Source of the DNA: Dehalococcoidia bacterium
GTDB lineage: Bacteria; Chloroflexota; Dehalococcoidia; UBA2979
DNA: 64,000 nt
Assembly: GCA_965247925.1 (NCBI GenBank)
Contig: CBDFIB010000004.1
Coordinates: 1,051,430 to 1,115,429, forward strand
Direction of reading: 5' to 3'
Numbering within the stretch: position 1 is the first letter of the stretch; each line of letters begins with the position of its first letter. Shown piece by piece: positions 26,795-36,996 of the stretch. The notes beneath the pieces were generated by a model. It saw nothing but the letters and a program-made list of their open reading frames with translations, did no database searches and had not been told where the DNA came from. The position numbers and the translations under genes are program-made.

Positions 26795-27561
26795 GAGCCG
26801 AGGATGTCGAGGAAGCGCTCGCGTGCGAGCACCTCGCGCCAGAAGTAGTCGGTGCGGTAGCCGTCGGGGTTGGCCGGGTTGCCGGCGCCGCAGTGCACGG
26901 CGCCGGGGTTGCTGCCGCGGTTGAACGGCAGGAAGCGCGTGCCGGCGCCGGCGACGCGCGTCGTCATGTGGACCTCGTCGGGGTCGGCGGCGAAGTGGAC
27001 GAGGGCGCGCCGCTTGAAGCGGAAGAGCGGCGCGTTGGGGTCGCGGTCCTGCTGGTACTGGCGGACGGCGTTGCGCCAGTCCTGGCCGGTCATCGGGTTC
27101 TTGAGCTCGCACGTCGCCACCGGCACGCCGTTGAGCGCGAAGACGAGGTCGAGCGTGTCGCCCTTGCCCGGGTGGCACGGCGCCTGCCGCGTGACGGTCA
27201 GCTCGTTGCGCTCGAAGCGCGCGAGGGCGTCCGGGTTGAGGCCGTGCGCCGGCGCGAAGTACGCGACGTAGAACGTCCGCCCGTAGAAGCGGAAGCCGTG
27301 GCGCAGCACGTCGAGCGAGCCCTTGAGGTCGAGCTCGCGCGCGAGGTGCTCGACGATGAGCGACTCGAGGTCGCCACCGTGCAGGGCGGCCATCTGCGCC
27401 CACTCATCGGGCTGCGTCTCGCGGATGAAGGCGACGGCGCGCGCGGGGAACAGCGCCCGCTCGACATCCCACTCGCCGAGGTCGCCCGTGCGCCAGCCGG
27501 CATCGAGGAGCATCGACTCGACGGTGGACTCGAAGGCCTGCTCGGTGGTGTGGGAGGTCAT
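26766..27561 (-). pseudogene. hsdR: type I restriction enzyme R subunit, N-terminal nuclease domain only (about 265 of about 1000 aa)
   Basis: LDLVFALNGVPVATCELKN (PD-ExK), ALVHFAADPDEVHMTT, FLPFNRG; helicase domains absent and homology ends near 26766. Confidence 0.75.
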
Positions 27562-27600
27562 GTGGCGTTCGGCTGCGTGCCCGCCTCCGTGCGGCGGACT

Positions 27601-27957
27601 TCAGCGGTCCTGCTGCTCGCGGTCTTGGCGGCGCAGCGCGTCGAGCGTCAGCGGGCGGCCGGCGCGCTTCGCCTCCAGCCAGCGGCGGAGTGACCAGGCG
27701 CCCTCCCCCGAAGGTCTGCCCGCGAGTAGCCCCTCGACGCTGATGTCCTCGTCGAGGTCGGGCCAGTGGATGTGGTGGGCGTCGGCGAAGAGTTCCCAGT
27801 TGTCGCGCTCCTCGGGCGTGGCGTGGAGCAGTCTTGGGTACCAGGCCAGGGGCACGGAGATGGTGCGGCCGTCCGTGAGATCGGCGGTCAGCGTGTCCTC
27901 GGTGACGGTGACGGTCGTCGCTCCCGGCACTTCAAGTTCGACGATTGAAGTAGTCAT
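27601..27957 (-). CDS. DUF2442 domain protein
   Basis: PLAWYPRLLHATPEERDNWEL...IHWPDLDEDISVEGLL; internal ATG at 27957 of track ORF 27601..28098. Confidence 0.65.
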   Translation of the reverse strand: MTTSIVELEVPGATTVTVTEDTLTADLTDGRTISVPLAWYPRLLHATPEERDNWELFADAHHIHWPDLDEDISVEGLLAGRPSGEGAWSLRRWLEAKRAGRPLTLDALRRQDREQQDR

Positions 27958-28174
27958 TCCACTCCTCCAGGAGTCGTGCTTCGTTCCGCTCGACGATCCG
28001 GTGAATCCGGCGAATCTCCGCTCTGCCGAAGTTGCCGCTGATCTGCAGTTCCACGGGGTTGAGCCAGAACTTGGCGAAGCCATCGTCGCGCCGCACATGG
28101 ATATGGTGCGGCTCGGCTCGATCGGCTGACACGAAATAGAACTGGTACGGCCCCTCCCGCAGTATCGTCGGCAT
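27932..28174 (-). CDS. DUF4160 domain protein
   Basis: FYFVSADRAEPHHIHVRRDDGFAKFWL; usual partner of DUF2442. Confidence 0.7.
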   Translation of the reverse strand: MPTILREGPYQFYFVSADRAEPHHIHVRRDDGFAKFWLNPVELQISGNFGRAEIRRIHRIVERNEARLLEEWNDYFNRRT

Positions 28175-28260
28175 CGCTTGATTGTAGCGCTGCCTGGCTT
28201 GCGCCCGGTCCTCCGCAGCCGCTGGCGAGGCTGCCGTCGGCCTCCTCTTGCGTGCGTCAG

Positions 28261-29607
28261 CTATTCTCGCACGTCGATCTTCCCGGTGACCGCCGCCGTG
28301 ACGAGCGCGGTCCGGTACTCCTGCGACCGCTCGATGGCGCGCTCGACTTGACTGGCGAGCCGATCGATTCTCGCCGTCTCTTGGTCGAGGAACGCTGCAA
28401 TCGCCTCCTGTTCGGCCAGCGGTGGGAACACAGTGAGCGTGTCGAAGTACGCGTTGGCGTCGAGGTTCTGAATGCCCGTCGTCTGCTTGATTGCGGGGTA
28501 GTTCAGCTTCCCGGAGTAGAGAGCTGCGTGCATGTACGTCCAGAAGCGCGGGCTCCCGACCGGGGACACGCGAGCGATGAAGTTTGAAGTGACGGCGGGT
28601 TCGGCGTGGTCGAAGAACACTACGCAGCCGACCATCTGCTTCTCCCCGCCGCCCGACTTCTCCAGGAGCAGGTCACCCGGCAGAAGCTCGCGGCCCGAGC
28701 GCTGCGAGCGGGTCACTGCACGCATCGTGGGCTCACCGAACTGAACTCGGAAGCCGCGACGGTCGAAGTCTGCGACCCTGACGCACGGAATGTCGTTCTC
28801 CCCGTCAGGTTCATCTCCCCAGACACCGTTGACAGTGCCCGCGGCGGACCACTTGAGTCGAGACACCTCCCAGTGCTCCGGCACCTCGCCGAGCCACTCG
28901 ACGCCCGAGGGCTTGAGGCGCGGGGAGGGGTCGAGGCCGGCGGCGCGGGCGGCCTCGGGCGGGAGGCCGCGCGTCACCGTGCGCGTGATCAGCGCCGTGC
29001 GGTACTCCTCGAGCCGCTCGATGAGCAGCCGCTTCTTGGCCACCAGCGCGTCGATGCGCTCCGTCTCCCGGTCGAGGTACGCGGCGATGGCGCGCTGTTC
29101 GTCGAGGGGTGGGAGGGGGAGGACGTGCCCGCCGAGATCGGTGGGACTCAACTCCATGAAGGTAGAGCCCTTGCCGAGCGACTGGACTACAGATCGGCTT
29201 GCGAGCAGGGCATAGTAGGCGAAGCAGCTGTTCGCCTCGCTGGAGGGAACCAGCGTGCGACAGCCCTGATTCGTCGCTGCCGGAACCCCGGTGATCGCGA
29301 GGTGCCCAATGGGTGCCCTCGTAGACAGGACAATCGATCCGGCCGGAGTCACTCGCGCGCTGCTGTTGCGCACGCCTTCCTCGGTGATAGTCCTGCGACC
29401 AGCGCTGATCCACGCTCCCTCGTTCTGGCCAAGGTCGTCCGGCGTAAGCCAGATGGTGTCGCCGTCCCAGTAGGTCTCCTCGGAACTCGCGGGCGTCCCG
29501 CCGTTCACGATCGTGAACCAGCGTTGGATTGCGCCGCTCTGCCAGTGCTCGGGCACCTCGCCGAGCCACTCGACGCCGGAGTCACGGTAGCGTGGGTAGG
29601 GGCGCAC
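28261..29607 (-). CDS. hsdS: type I restriction-modification specificity subunit HsdS (two target-recognition domains)
   Basis: Duplicated conserved spacers LPPLDEQRAIAAYLDRETERIDAL and PPLAEQEAIAAFLDQETARIDRL. Confidence 0.85.
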   Translation of the reverse strand: MRPYPRYRDSGVEWLGEVPEHWQSGAIQRWFTIVNGGTPASSEETYWDGDTIWLTPDDLGQNEGAWISAGRRTITEEGVRNSSARVTPAGSIVLSTRAPIGHLAITGVPAATNQGCRTLVPSSEANSCFAYYALLASRSVVQSLGKGSTFMELSPTDLGGHVLPLPPLDEQRAIAAYLDRETERIDALVAKKRLLIERLEEYRTALITRTVTRGLPPEAARAAGLDPSPRLKPSGVEWLGEVPEHWEVSRLKWSAAGTVNGVWGDEPDGENDIPCVRVADFDRRGFRVQFGEPTMRAVTRSQRSGRELLPGDLLLEKSGGGEKQMVGCVVFFDHAEPAVTSNFIARVSPVGSPRFWTYMHAALYSGKLNYPAIKQTTGIQNLDANAYFDTLTVFPPLAEQEAIAAFLDQETARIDRLASQVERAIERSQEYRTALVTAAVTGKIDVRE

Positions 29608-29609
29608 GG

Positions 29610-31061
29610 CTAGCGCCTCACTAGGCTGGCGGAGAGGTCAATTCGGGCTGCCAAGTCCTCGAGACTGATGTCAGACGCCCCTTCGTCCCCGACGTAGCCT
29701 TGCAGGAAGTTATCGACCGCATCGTGGTGCGTGCTGTCGTCCGGGCTAACTCCCTCTAGGCGTGCGGTATCCGCGGCTAGATACCCGCGTCGGTCTGGCT
29801 CCCTGCCAGTCCGAACGCGATTCAGCTGCACCAAAACGCTCTCCCCATCATCCGCCCAGTAGGCGGCAGCCTCGATGGGAGCGACTCGGACTCTTTCGCC
29901 GATCGGCGATCGCGCCGTGTCGTTCGGCACGCGCTCGTTGAGGTAGTCAATCACCTCGGCCGCGCGTGCGTTACCCCCAACGAATCGGCGGTAGAGCTCC
30001 GAGTTATCGATCTTGAGCGTTACAAGTAGCACAAGAAGCGCCTCGTGGACCGGGAAGCCCGTCGGCACCCCCCTCATTGCCAGCGAAATCAGGCGGACGC
30101 AGTGGGCTATGTCTCGGAGCGAGAGCCCCATCTTCTCGACTACCGCGGGGAGGTATTGCTCAACCGTCCCGAGTTCGCGCACGGCATTCCGGCCTCTCTC
30201 CGAGGCGAATCCACCTATGCCGTACCTGGCTACCAGGTGCTTGCAAAATAGGGCGGGGTCCGCATCCGGCAGGACGAGCGGCATGTCAAAGAAGCGCCGA
30301 AGGTAGGTGTCCGCGTCGATCTCCCCGTAGACCCACTGCAGGGATTTCGTGAGATCGCTCTGGTTGATGCCGAAGACGAACACGATGTTCTTGACGTCGA
30401 AGACGTGCTTGACCCGTTCCAGCAGCTCGATGGCGAAGGTCGGGCGGCACCGGTCGAGCTCATCGATGATGAAGACCAAGGGCTGGCCCGTCGCCTCGCG
30501 GACGGCGCGGGCGAGTTCAGCAAGGTGCTTCTTCAGTTCGTCCTTGGCTGCTCGCTTGTCCAGATAGTCCGCGAGGTGATTCGGCGGAGCCTGCTTGGAG
30601 CGTCGGATGTTCGGAACCGGAACACCGGTCGTGGCAATCGAAGCCGTCGAAGCGATGGGCTGCACGAAGGGTGCGACCAGCCGGCCCAGCTTGCGTGCCT
30701 CCGCCCAAAGAGCCCCCTTCTTGAAGTGCTCCGAGAGCTGGCCGGTCATCGAGAGCATCGGGTCGCCTGCGAAGTCGTCCTCCCAGGCGTTGTAGTAGAT
30801 CGCCTGCCACGGCGGGTCCTGGTTCTGCAGGTCCTGAGCCCAGCGCCTGAGCAGGAATGTCTTCCCCGTCCCCCAGCGGCCGTCGAGGCTGATGACGAAC
30901 GGCGCCTCCTGTCCTCGGACGATGGTCGTCAGCCGGTCCGCGATCTCCTTGCGGTCGAGCTTGTCGTCGACCCACGGGTTCCCAGCGTCGACCTCGGGCT
31001 CGACGATCTTGAGGGCCGGTAGGGCAGGCGAGGCGTCTGCGGGGTCAGGCTGCTGGGTCAT
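29610..31061 (-). CDS. KAP family P-loop NTPase
   Basis: Walker A GRWGTGKTF and Walker B LVFIIDELDRCRP, typical of KAP NTPases; stop lies 2 nt from the hsdS start. Confidence 0.8.
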   Translation of the reverse strand: MTQQPDPADASPALPALKIVEPEVDAGNPWVDDKLDRKEIADRLTTIVRGQEAPFVISLDGRWGTGKTFLLRRWAQDLQNQDPPWQAIYYNAWEDDFAGDPMLSMTGQLSEHFKKGALWAEARKLGRLVAPFVQPIASTASIATTGVPVPNIRRSKQAPPNHLADYLDKRAAKDELKKHLAELARAVREATGQPLVFIIDELDRCRPTFAIELLERVKHVFDVKNIVFVFGINQSDLTKSLQWVYGEIDADTYLRRFFDMPLVLPDADPALFCKHLVARYGIGGFASERGRNAVRELGTVEQYLPAVVEKMGLSLRDIAHCVRLISLAMRGVPTGFPVHEALLVLLVTLKIDNSELYRRFVGGNARAAEVIDYLNERVPNDTARSPIGERVRVAPIEAAAYWADDGESVLVQLNRVRTGREPDRRGYLAADTARLEGVSPDDSTHHDAVDNFLQGYVGDEGASDISLEDLAARIDLSASLVRR

Positions 31062-31084
31062 GCGGTCGGCGAAGCGGGCAAGGC

Positions 31085-31426
31085 CTACACGGCCTCGGGC
31101 TGCAGCGCGGGAACCTCGATCTCGACCAGCTCGAACCGGGTCGAGAGCGTGGGGGCGGGCTCGCCGAACTCGAGGTAGGAGCTGAGCACGTCTTCGGGGA
31201 CGGGTTCGCTGTGGTAGGCGATGGCATCGTCGATGGACATCTTCGGCTCGGGCAGCGGTTCGCCGTCCTCCAGCATCGCCTCGAGGTGGAAGACGAGCGC
31301 CTCGCGGATCATCGCCAGCATCTCGTCCCAGGTCTTGCCGGTGCTGATGCAGCCCGGCACGTCCGGCACGTAGGCGCCGTAGTTGTTGGGCGTCTGCTCG
31401 AAGACGACGGCGTACGTCAGCTTCAT
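31085..31426 (-). CDS. hicB: HicB family antitoxin
   Basis: YAVVFEQTPNNYGAYVPDVPGCISTGKTWDE; 4-nt overlap with hicA. Confidence 0.85.
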   Translation of the reverse strand: MKLTYAVVFEQTPNNYGAYVPDVPGCISTGKTWDEMLAMIREALVFHLEAMLEDGEPLPEPKMSIDDAIAYHSEPVPEDVLSSYLEFGEPAPTLSTRFELVEIEVPALQPEAV

Positions 31427-31623
31427 CGACGTTCTCTCCTGAGGCCTGCCTGATTCATGATGCTGGCCCAGAGCTTTGGCCCCACATCTTCGCTCAGCTT
31501 CCCCGGAATCGTGACCTTCCCCGGCTTCCCGGGGTGGAGGAACTGCCGGTGACTCCCCCGCGTCGTCACATGGTACCAGCCGTCGCGCTCCACTATCCGG
31601 ATCGCGTCCCGCACCCTCGGCAT
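31423..31623 (-). CDS. hicA: HicA family mRNA interferase toxin
   Basis: 66 aa, GWYHVTTRGSHRQFLHPGKPGKVTIP. Confidence 0.85.
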   Translation of the reverse strand: MPRVRDAIRIVERDGWYHVTTRGSHRQFLHPGKPGKVTIPGKLSEDVGPKLWASIMNQAGLRRERR

Positions 31624-31672
31624 CGCTCAGGCAGCTCCATTCATGCCAGCTCAGTGCTCCCCGGCCACGCCG

Positions 31673-32400
31673 TCAGCTTCTCACGACGTCCGACAGCAGG
31701 CCCGCGATCTCCTGCTCCAGCGCCTGCAGGTCCGACTCGATCTCCTCGAGCGGGCGCGGCGGCTCGTAGATGTAGAAGTGGCGGTTGAGCGGGATCTCGT
31801 AGCCGATCTTCGTCTTACTCCCGTCGACCCACGCGTCCGGCACATGGGGCAACACCTCGCGCGCGACGTAGGCGTCGATGTCCTCGCTCAGCGGCACCGT
31901 CTCGGTGTCGCGCAGCTCTGTGTCCGGCTCCGGCTTGCCGCGGCGGTCGCGGCACACCTCGGCCTCCGGGTCGCGCTCGCCGAGCGCCGACAGCACCACC
32001 TTGCGCTCCGGCGCCGCCAGCTTGACGCCCGCGGCGGCCTCGACACCGCGCAGCACCTCGACGAACGCCTCACGGTCGCGCACGACTTCGCCGCCGACTT
32101 GGTCGGCGAGCAAGCGCAGCAGGCCGCGGATCGCCTCCTGCCGCGCCTGGCCCTCGGCGACCTCGGCGTCGTGCGCGGGGCCGGCGCGCTTCTTGCTCTT
32201 CGCGACGTTCTGGAACGCGCGCTCCTCCTCGATGCGCGCGATGCGCTCCTCAGTGGCCGCGAAGTTGAGCGGCAGCGGCCGCTCGACGGTCACCTTGCGG
32301 TAGCCGAAGTCCTCGTTTTCGAACACCTTGCTCACCACGCGCGGCCGCGTCCGCTGTTCGTGCGTGACGGGGTCCTCGTCCGTCAGGTCGCGCGTCTCGC
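31673..32400 (-). pseudogene. hsdM: type I RM methyltransferase HsdM, C-terminal fragment only
   Basis: FENEDFGYRKVTVERPL ... KIGYEIPLNRHFYIYEPPRPLEEIESDL matches the C-terminal region of long HsdM proteins as I recall them; no SAM-binding/NPPF region anywhere upstream. Confidence 0.65.
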
Positions 32401-32427
32401 CATCCTCGAAGTGAGGGTGTTCATGGA

Positions 32428-32781
32428 TTATTCCCGGAGTCGCATCCGCGAGTGCTCCACGATCCATAGCCGGCCTTTGGGGGATGACTCTTCCAGTCGC
32501 TCAATCAAGCTAGGGGCCACCTGCAGGAGAGCATCCCGCGCTGCGCTGGATAGCCGGAACACGACGATGCCTGCATATTCCGCCGGCGGGTACGTTCGTA
32601 TGTCTGAGAAATCCAGATCTTGCGTGACGAGCACCCGCTCCTCGGCGATGCAGATCGCCGCTATCTCCGTGTCCGGCGCGCCGCCCAGGCCCTCGTCGAC
32701 GACCGTGGCCGCGTCATGGCCGGACTCCGTGAACAGGCGCTTGAGCTGAATCGGCAGGTTCTCGTCGAGCTTGACCCGCAT
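32428..32781 (-). CDS. DUF5615 (PIN-like) putative toxin
   Basis: MRVKLDENLPIQLKRLF..GHDA...VLVTQDLDFSDI. Confidence 0.7.
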   Translation of the reverse strand: MRVKLDENLPIQLKRLFTESGHDAATVVDEGLGGAPDTEIAAICIAEERVLVTQDLDFSDIRTYPPAEYAGIVVFRLSSAARDALLQVAPSLIERLEESSPKGRLWIVEHSRMRLRE

Positions 32782-32790
32782 GGAGCGTCC

Positions 32791-33156
<366 letters not shown>

Positions 33157-33250
33157 TCGTTCGGGCCGCCGGGCCGCTGTCGGGGCCGTGCGCGGTCTGC
33201 CAGCCGAGGGCGGCGAGCTGCTGGCCCGCGACGTCGCCAGCTGCGCCGTG

Positions 33251-33493
33251 TCAGCATCGTGGAGGGGGCACGCCCATCCGTTGGTCGCCGAGGAAGTACA
33301 CGACTACCCGCCGCGTCGCCACGAGGCTCCGAATGCCCGCGTCCCGGGGAGATGTCGCCGCGGTCGCCGCCTTCTGAAGGACTTCCTCGGCGCGCGCGCT
33401 CCCAGGGTCGCTGATCGCGTTCTGGAGCAGGAGGAACGCGAGCACGGCTGCTGCGACGACAAGCGCCCCGGCAGCTGCCCGGCGGCGGCTCAT
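33251..33493 (-). CDS. hypothetical small exported/anchored protein (80 aa)
   Basis: ATG preceded by GGAGG at 7 nt; N-terminal RRRAAAGALVVAAAVLAFLLL signal-anchor. Confidence 0.45.
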   Translation of the reverse strand: MSRRRAAAGALVVAAAVLAFLLLQNAISDPGSARAEEVLQKAATAATSPRDAGIRSLVATRRVVVYFLGDQRMGVPPPRC

Positions 33494-33813
33494 GATCGCG
33501 CCTCCATTCGTTTGCACGGATCGGCCTCGCGGCGCTGCTGGCATCCGAGTCGCCCGAGCGCTCCAAACTCGTCGCATAGCGCCGAGTGCACGGTTGGATC
33601 ATGGCAGCATGTGCGAAACACTCTCAGTGTAACGCGGGGGGGCGGACTCTCCGCTGCGGGTTGCACAGTCGCTTGTTTCGTGGGCGGCAGCGGCAATCCG
33701 CCGGAGGCCTTGTAGGCGACCCCTGCGCTTGCGGCGATAGCTGCAACCGTCGCCGCAAGCACTGCGATGCTCGCAGAATCTAAGGGCAGCGGAGACGTGA
33801 TGCGCGCGGACAA
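33490..33813 (-). CDS. hypothetical protein (107 aa, one hydrophobic segment)
   Basis: ATGA overlap with the downstream small gene suggests coupling; otherwise weak. Confidence 0.3.
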   Translation of the reverse strand: MSARITSPLPLDSASIAVLAATVAAIAASAGVAYKASGGLPLPPTKQATVQPAAESPPPRVTLRVFRTCCHDPTVHSALCDEFGALGRLGCQQRREADPCKRMEARS

Positions 33814-34164
33814 TCACCTCCGATCGGGGCGCGGCTGGCTCGCCTCAAAGATAACAGGTCACCTCGGAACTCGGAGTGCAACCACTGCTCGGGCCCGTGG
33901 TCCCATCGGATCGAGCGCGGCCGGGCCGCCACCCCGCCTCGTCGCTCCGGCGCTGGGACGATCGAGCCGGTCGGCAGCCGCTGCGATCCTCGAACACGGA
34001 GCCTGCAGCGCCACGCTGAGCTCAAAAGAGTTTGCAGTACAGTCAACTATGGCTGACCACCGTAGTCCTCCTTCACGTGACTGATTCCTGTGTGAAGGAT
34101 GGCGCGGTGGTCTCCTACGTCCACCTCTCTGACACCACTTGCTGGGACGCTACTGCAGGCCGAA

Positions 34165-34689
34165 CTAGGCGACCGCTACCCGCCGGCGCTTGAAGCGCAC
34201 GTCCACGTCGTAGCCGAGCACGTGCGCTACGGCGTGAAGGGTCTCAAGGCGTGGGCTGTGCCCGCCTGACTCAAGACGAGCGATCGCGCTTCTTGGCATC
34301 CCCGCGGCGTCGGCGAGCTGCTGCTGCGTCCAGCCCTTTCGTTCGCGGAGGGTGCGCAGTTGGGCGATGATCGCGCGGCGCAGTCGCAGGGCCTCGTACT
34401 CCTCCTGGATTTCAGAATCGCCGGCGACGATCTGCTCAATATGCGCTCTGGCGTTCCTGGCCATGACGTTCCCTCCAGTCCGCAAGCCGCCGCTGCGCGG
34501 CGGCGAGCGCTCTTCGATCGAGGCGCTGACCGCCGCAAAGGGCAGCCGGGTCCACGCGGGGACGCGGCGCCATACGATCCCCTTCCTGCGCAGCTCGCGA
34601 CGCGTCCACCTGACGTTGCGAGTGGTCCGCACCAACCACTCGTCACCCGTGCTCCCCTGGAATTGGACCGCTTCGCCCACACCCAGCAT
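34165..34689 (-). CDS. XRE-family HTH protein (HTH in the C-terminal 99 aa; alternative start 34464)
   Basis: GWTQQQLADAAGMPRSAIARLESG; its ATG overlaps the stop of the upstream membrane gene (TGATG). Confidence 0.6.
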   Translation of the reverse strand: MLGVGEAVQFQGSTGDEWLVRTTRNVRWTRRELRRKGIVWRRVPAWTRLPFAAVSASIEERSPPRSGGLRTGGNVMARNARAHIEQIVAGDSEIQEEYEALRLRRAIIAQLRTLRERKGWTQQQLADAAGMPRSAIARLESGGHSPRLETLHAVAHVLGYDVDVRFKRRRVAVA

Positions 34690-34991
34690 CAGCTCTTCGC
34701 GTCGCGCGTGATCGGTGTGCCAGAGACTTCACGGTAGGGGCTCACGCGGAGCACGCGGACTGCCCTCAGCGCAAGGACGGCTGCCACAACGGCACCAGCG
34801 AACAGGCCGAAGGCGAGCGCAACGGGGCCCGCTGCACCACTGATCCACAAGAGCACGGACGCCACCGCCCCTGCGGCGAGGCTCCACCGGACCCAATTCG
34901 TGGCAGTCAACGGGCTGAACCAGCGCCAGAGCCTCACACGAGCATCCTGGCTGTCCTCAGTATCTCGTCGTGGCTCGCTCCGCGCCGACAT
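34689..34991 (-). CDS. hypothetical membrane protein (100 aa) whose first 9 codons lie in module copy 2
   Basis: MSARSEPRR shared with 54278..54730, then unrelated sequence with 2 hydrophobic helices. Confidence 0.45.
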   Translation of the reverse strand: MSARSEPRRDTEDSQDARVRLWRWFSPLTATNWVRWSLAAGAVASVLLWISGAAGPVALAFGLFAGAVVAAVLALRAVRVLRVSPYREVSGTPITRDAKS

Positions 34992-35699
34992 GATGGCTCG
35001 GCGCTCAGCTGATTGCCGGGCGCGAGAACCGTGAACGATCTTCACCTCGCCAGTGTAGAACACTGACACGCCTTCGGTGCCGCCCGCTGCCCGTCGCGAC
35101 GCGTGCGGCCGCGACACCAGGCCTCCAGTGAGGCGCGATACGAGTCTGCCGGCCTCCAGGCTTGCGGTCCCTGTACTGAGGCCCATACAGAGGCAGTAGG
35201 TCCTCCGGCCTATGACCGGCACGGTTGCCACGGGATGCCGATCGTCGCACCACCTCGGGTGGGCGCTGCCATGCTGCTGCTGGTCGTGGGCGCACTCTGG
35301 GCGGCACTCCTCCTCGTCACGTGCGCCTTCGTGCTGTATTGGGTCGCCTTCGCGCGAACGAGACGCTACTGACCTTCAGTCCCCTCCCTCGGTCTCCGGC
35401 GCGGTCCAGATCCAGCGCTGATAGGTGTCCCGTTCGCCCGCGAACCTCACGTCCCAGCGTGTACCCGTCGAGCACTTCCTGCCTGGGGCCGCCGCGTTAC
35501 CAGTCGCGCGCGTCCATTGGGCCGCTTCCTCGTGATGGGATCCTCGTAGACTGTGACCAGCTCGCCTGCCTGCATCGCTCCTTCTCCTCGCGGCTGCGTA
35601 CCTGACGCACGGCCCCGGCCGGCGCCGCGCGAGCGTCACGGATGCTGCCTGCTTCTAGAGCAGCTGCCCCAATACGAGCGCCACGACACCCGCAGCAGC
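34964..35699 (-). repeat. Three-copy module, copy 2 (736 bp)
   Basis: Near-identical to 54703..55438 over its full length and to 12601..13138 (inverted) over 538 bp. Confidence 0.9.
35235..35372 (+). CDS. 45-aa hydrophobic peptide, module copy 2
   Basis: Identical peptide to 12894..13031. Confidence 0.4.
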   Translation: MPIVAPPRVGAAMLLLVVGALWAALLLVTCAFVLYWVAFARTRRY

Positions 35700-36466
35700 C
35701 AGCCAAGCCTCACCCTGCCGATCGCCGCGACAACTGACAGGCGGGCGTGCCCGGCGATGTCAACGGCTCCATCGAGGCGCTGGGCCAACGCGCGGATTTC
35801 GCCCTCGAGCGTCCCCTCGTAGAGCTCGGCGTTGAAGCGGGGGAGCAGTCGCGATGCCAGGACGATCGCCACGCCTGTCGTCAATGCGATCAAGGTCAGC
35901 GAATGGATGGATACCGCCGGCACCCTGTCGAGCAGGGGTTGGGCGATTACCCCTCCGAAGATGAAGGGAGCTACGCAAGCCACGAGCAGCGCAGTCGCGG
36001 GTAGCGGCCCCAGCTTGTCGAACGTGCCGACACTCGCGAGCCGCTCGCTCAGGAGTGCGAGGTCATCGCGCCAGGCAGCGAGCGCTTCCGGGTCATCGGC
36101 CGGGCCGGATGCCCCCTCTCCGTCGAGCATCGCCACGACGTGCATGCGGACGCGCTCCGCGAACGATTCGCGAATGAGGGGGCCAAAGTAGGTGAGGCAG
36201 AACCAAACGAGGAATGCCGTGGCCAGGAGCGTGTACAACGCTGAAGTGCCTGTGAGCAGCAGTGCCGCGCCGGCGCCCTCACCGGCGCCGCCTCCCCGCG
36301 CAGCGAGCAACCACGAACCGACTGCGACCGAGGACCCAATCAGGAGCAGGACTGCACTGGCTGGAGGTCGCAACGCGGCACGGCCGAGTTGCCCCGCGGC
36401 GCCTGTGAACTCGGAGAAGAGGTAGGCCTGCAGCGCGTAACCGAGCCGCTGTCGGTGCTCCCGCAC
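35636..36466 (-). CDS. hypothetical integral membrane protein; last about 22 codons are supplied by module copy 2
   Basis: GC3-rich ORF with several hydrophobic segments. The track N terminus (to 36595) is encoded by a repeat element, so GTG 36466 is proposed as start. Confidence 0.4.
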   Translation of the reverse strand: MREHRQRLGYALQAYLFSEFTGAAGQLGRAALRPPASAVLLLIGSSVAVGSWLLAARGGGAGEGAGAALLLTGTSALYTLLATAFLVWFCLTYFGPLIRESFAERVRMHVVAMLDGEGASGPADDPEALAAWRDDLALLSERLASVGTFDKLGPLPATALLVACVAPFIFGGVIAQPLLDRVPAVSIHSLTLIALTTGVAIVLASRLLPRFNAELYEGTLEGEIRALAQRLDGAVDIAGHARLSVVAAIGRVRLGWLLRVSWRSYWGSCSRSRQHP

Positions 36467-36497
36467 GTACTGGCGGTCGAGGGGCGCCGCTCCTAGC

Positions 36498-36528
36498 TGT
36501 AGTTCCCACGTAGGTTGTTGCAGGTGAG
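36498..36528 (+). repeat. 31-nt conserved element TGTAGTTCCCACGTAGGTTGTTGCAGGTGAG abutting CTAG
   Basis: 30 of 31 identical to 59070..59100, same orientation. Confidence 0.8.
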
Positions 36529-36635
36529 GGCTCCGCCTGCTGCTGTGTGTGTAACGAACGCACCAGTAGCAGGAGAGGAGCCGCTCGTGGCACATCCTAA
36601 CGCGCGTCTGACTCCGGCCGCCCGGCTGGAGATGG

Positions 36636-36996
36636 TCACGCCCGCTCCTGCTCCAGCAGGCGCCTGAGCGCGTCGAGGAGTTCCGGTAGATCGGTCTGGA
36701 TGATGTCCCAGATGACGTCGTCGTCGATACCGAGGTAGGCGTGAGCCACCCGGTTCCGGGTCGCCACGATTCGCTGCCACGGAACCCCCGGATACGCCTG
36801 GCGCGCCTGGGCCGGGATGTGCGACGCCGCCTCGCCGATCAGCTCGATGTTGCGCAGCGTGGCGTCGTAGGTGCGCCGGTCGGCGATGAACGCCTCCTGC
36901 TCCATCCCTTGCGCATAGGAGGCCGCCTGTTGCGCGAACTCGAGCATGTCCCTCGACGTAGATCCGCCAGTCGCGCGCGTCGTCCGCCTCAGACAT
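36636..36996 (-). pseudogene. hepT: HepT (DUF86/HEPN) toxin with a +1 frameshift after codon about 16
   Basis: MSEADDARDWRIYVE (frame of 36996) must join MLEFAQ...RNRVAHAY (RX4H). One extra G near 36948..36952. An internal ATG at 36947 could still give a 103-aa product. Confidence 0.65.

Noticed and set aside
36498-36528. The 31-nt repeat could be a CRISPR repeat
   Set aside because: Only two copies, 22.6 kb apart. There is no regular spacer array and there are no cas genes in the window.
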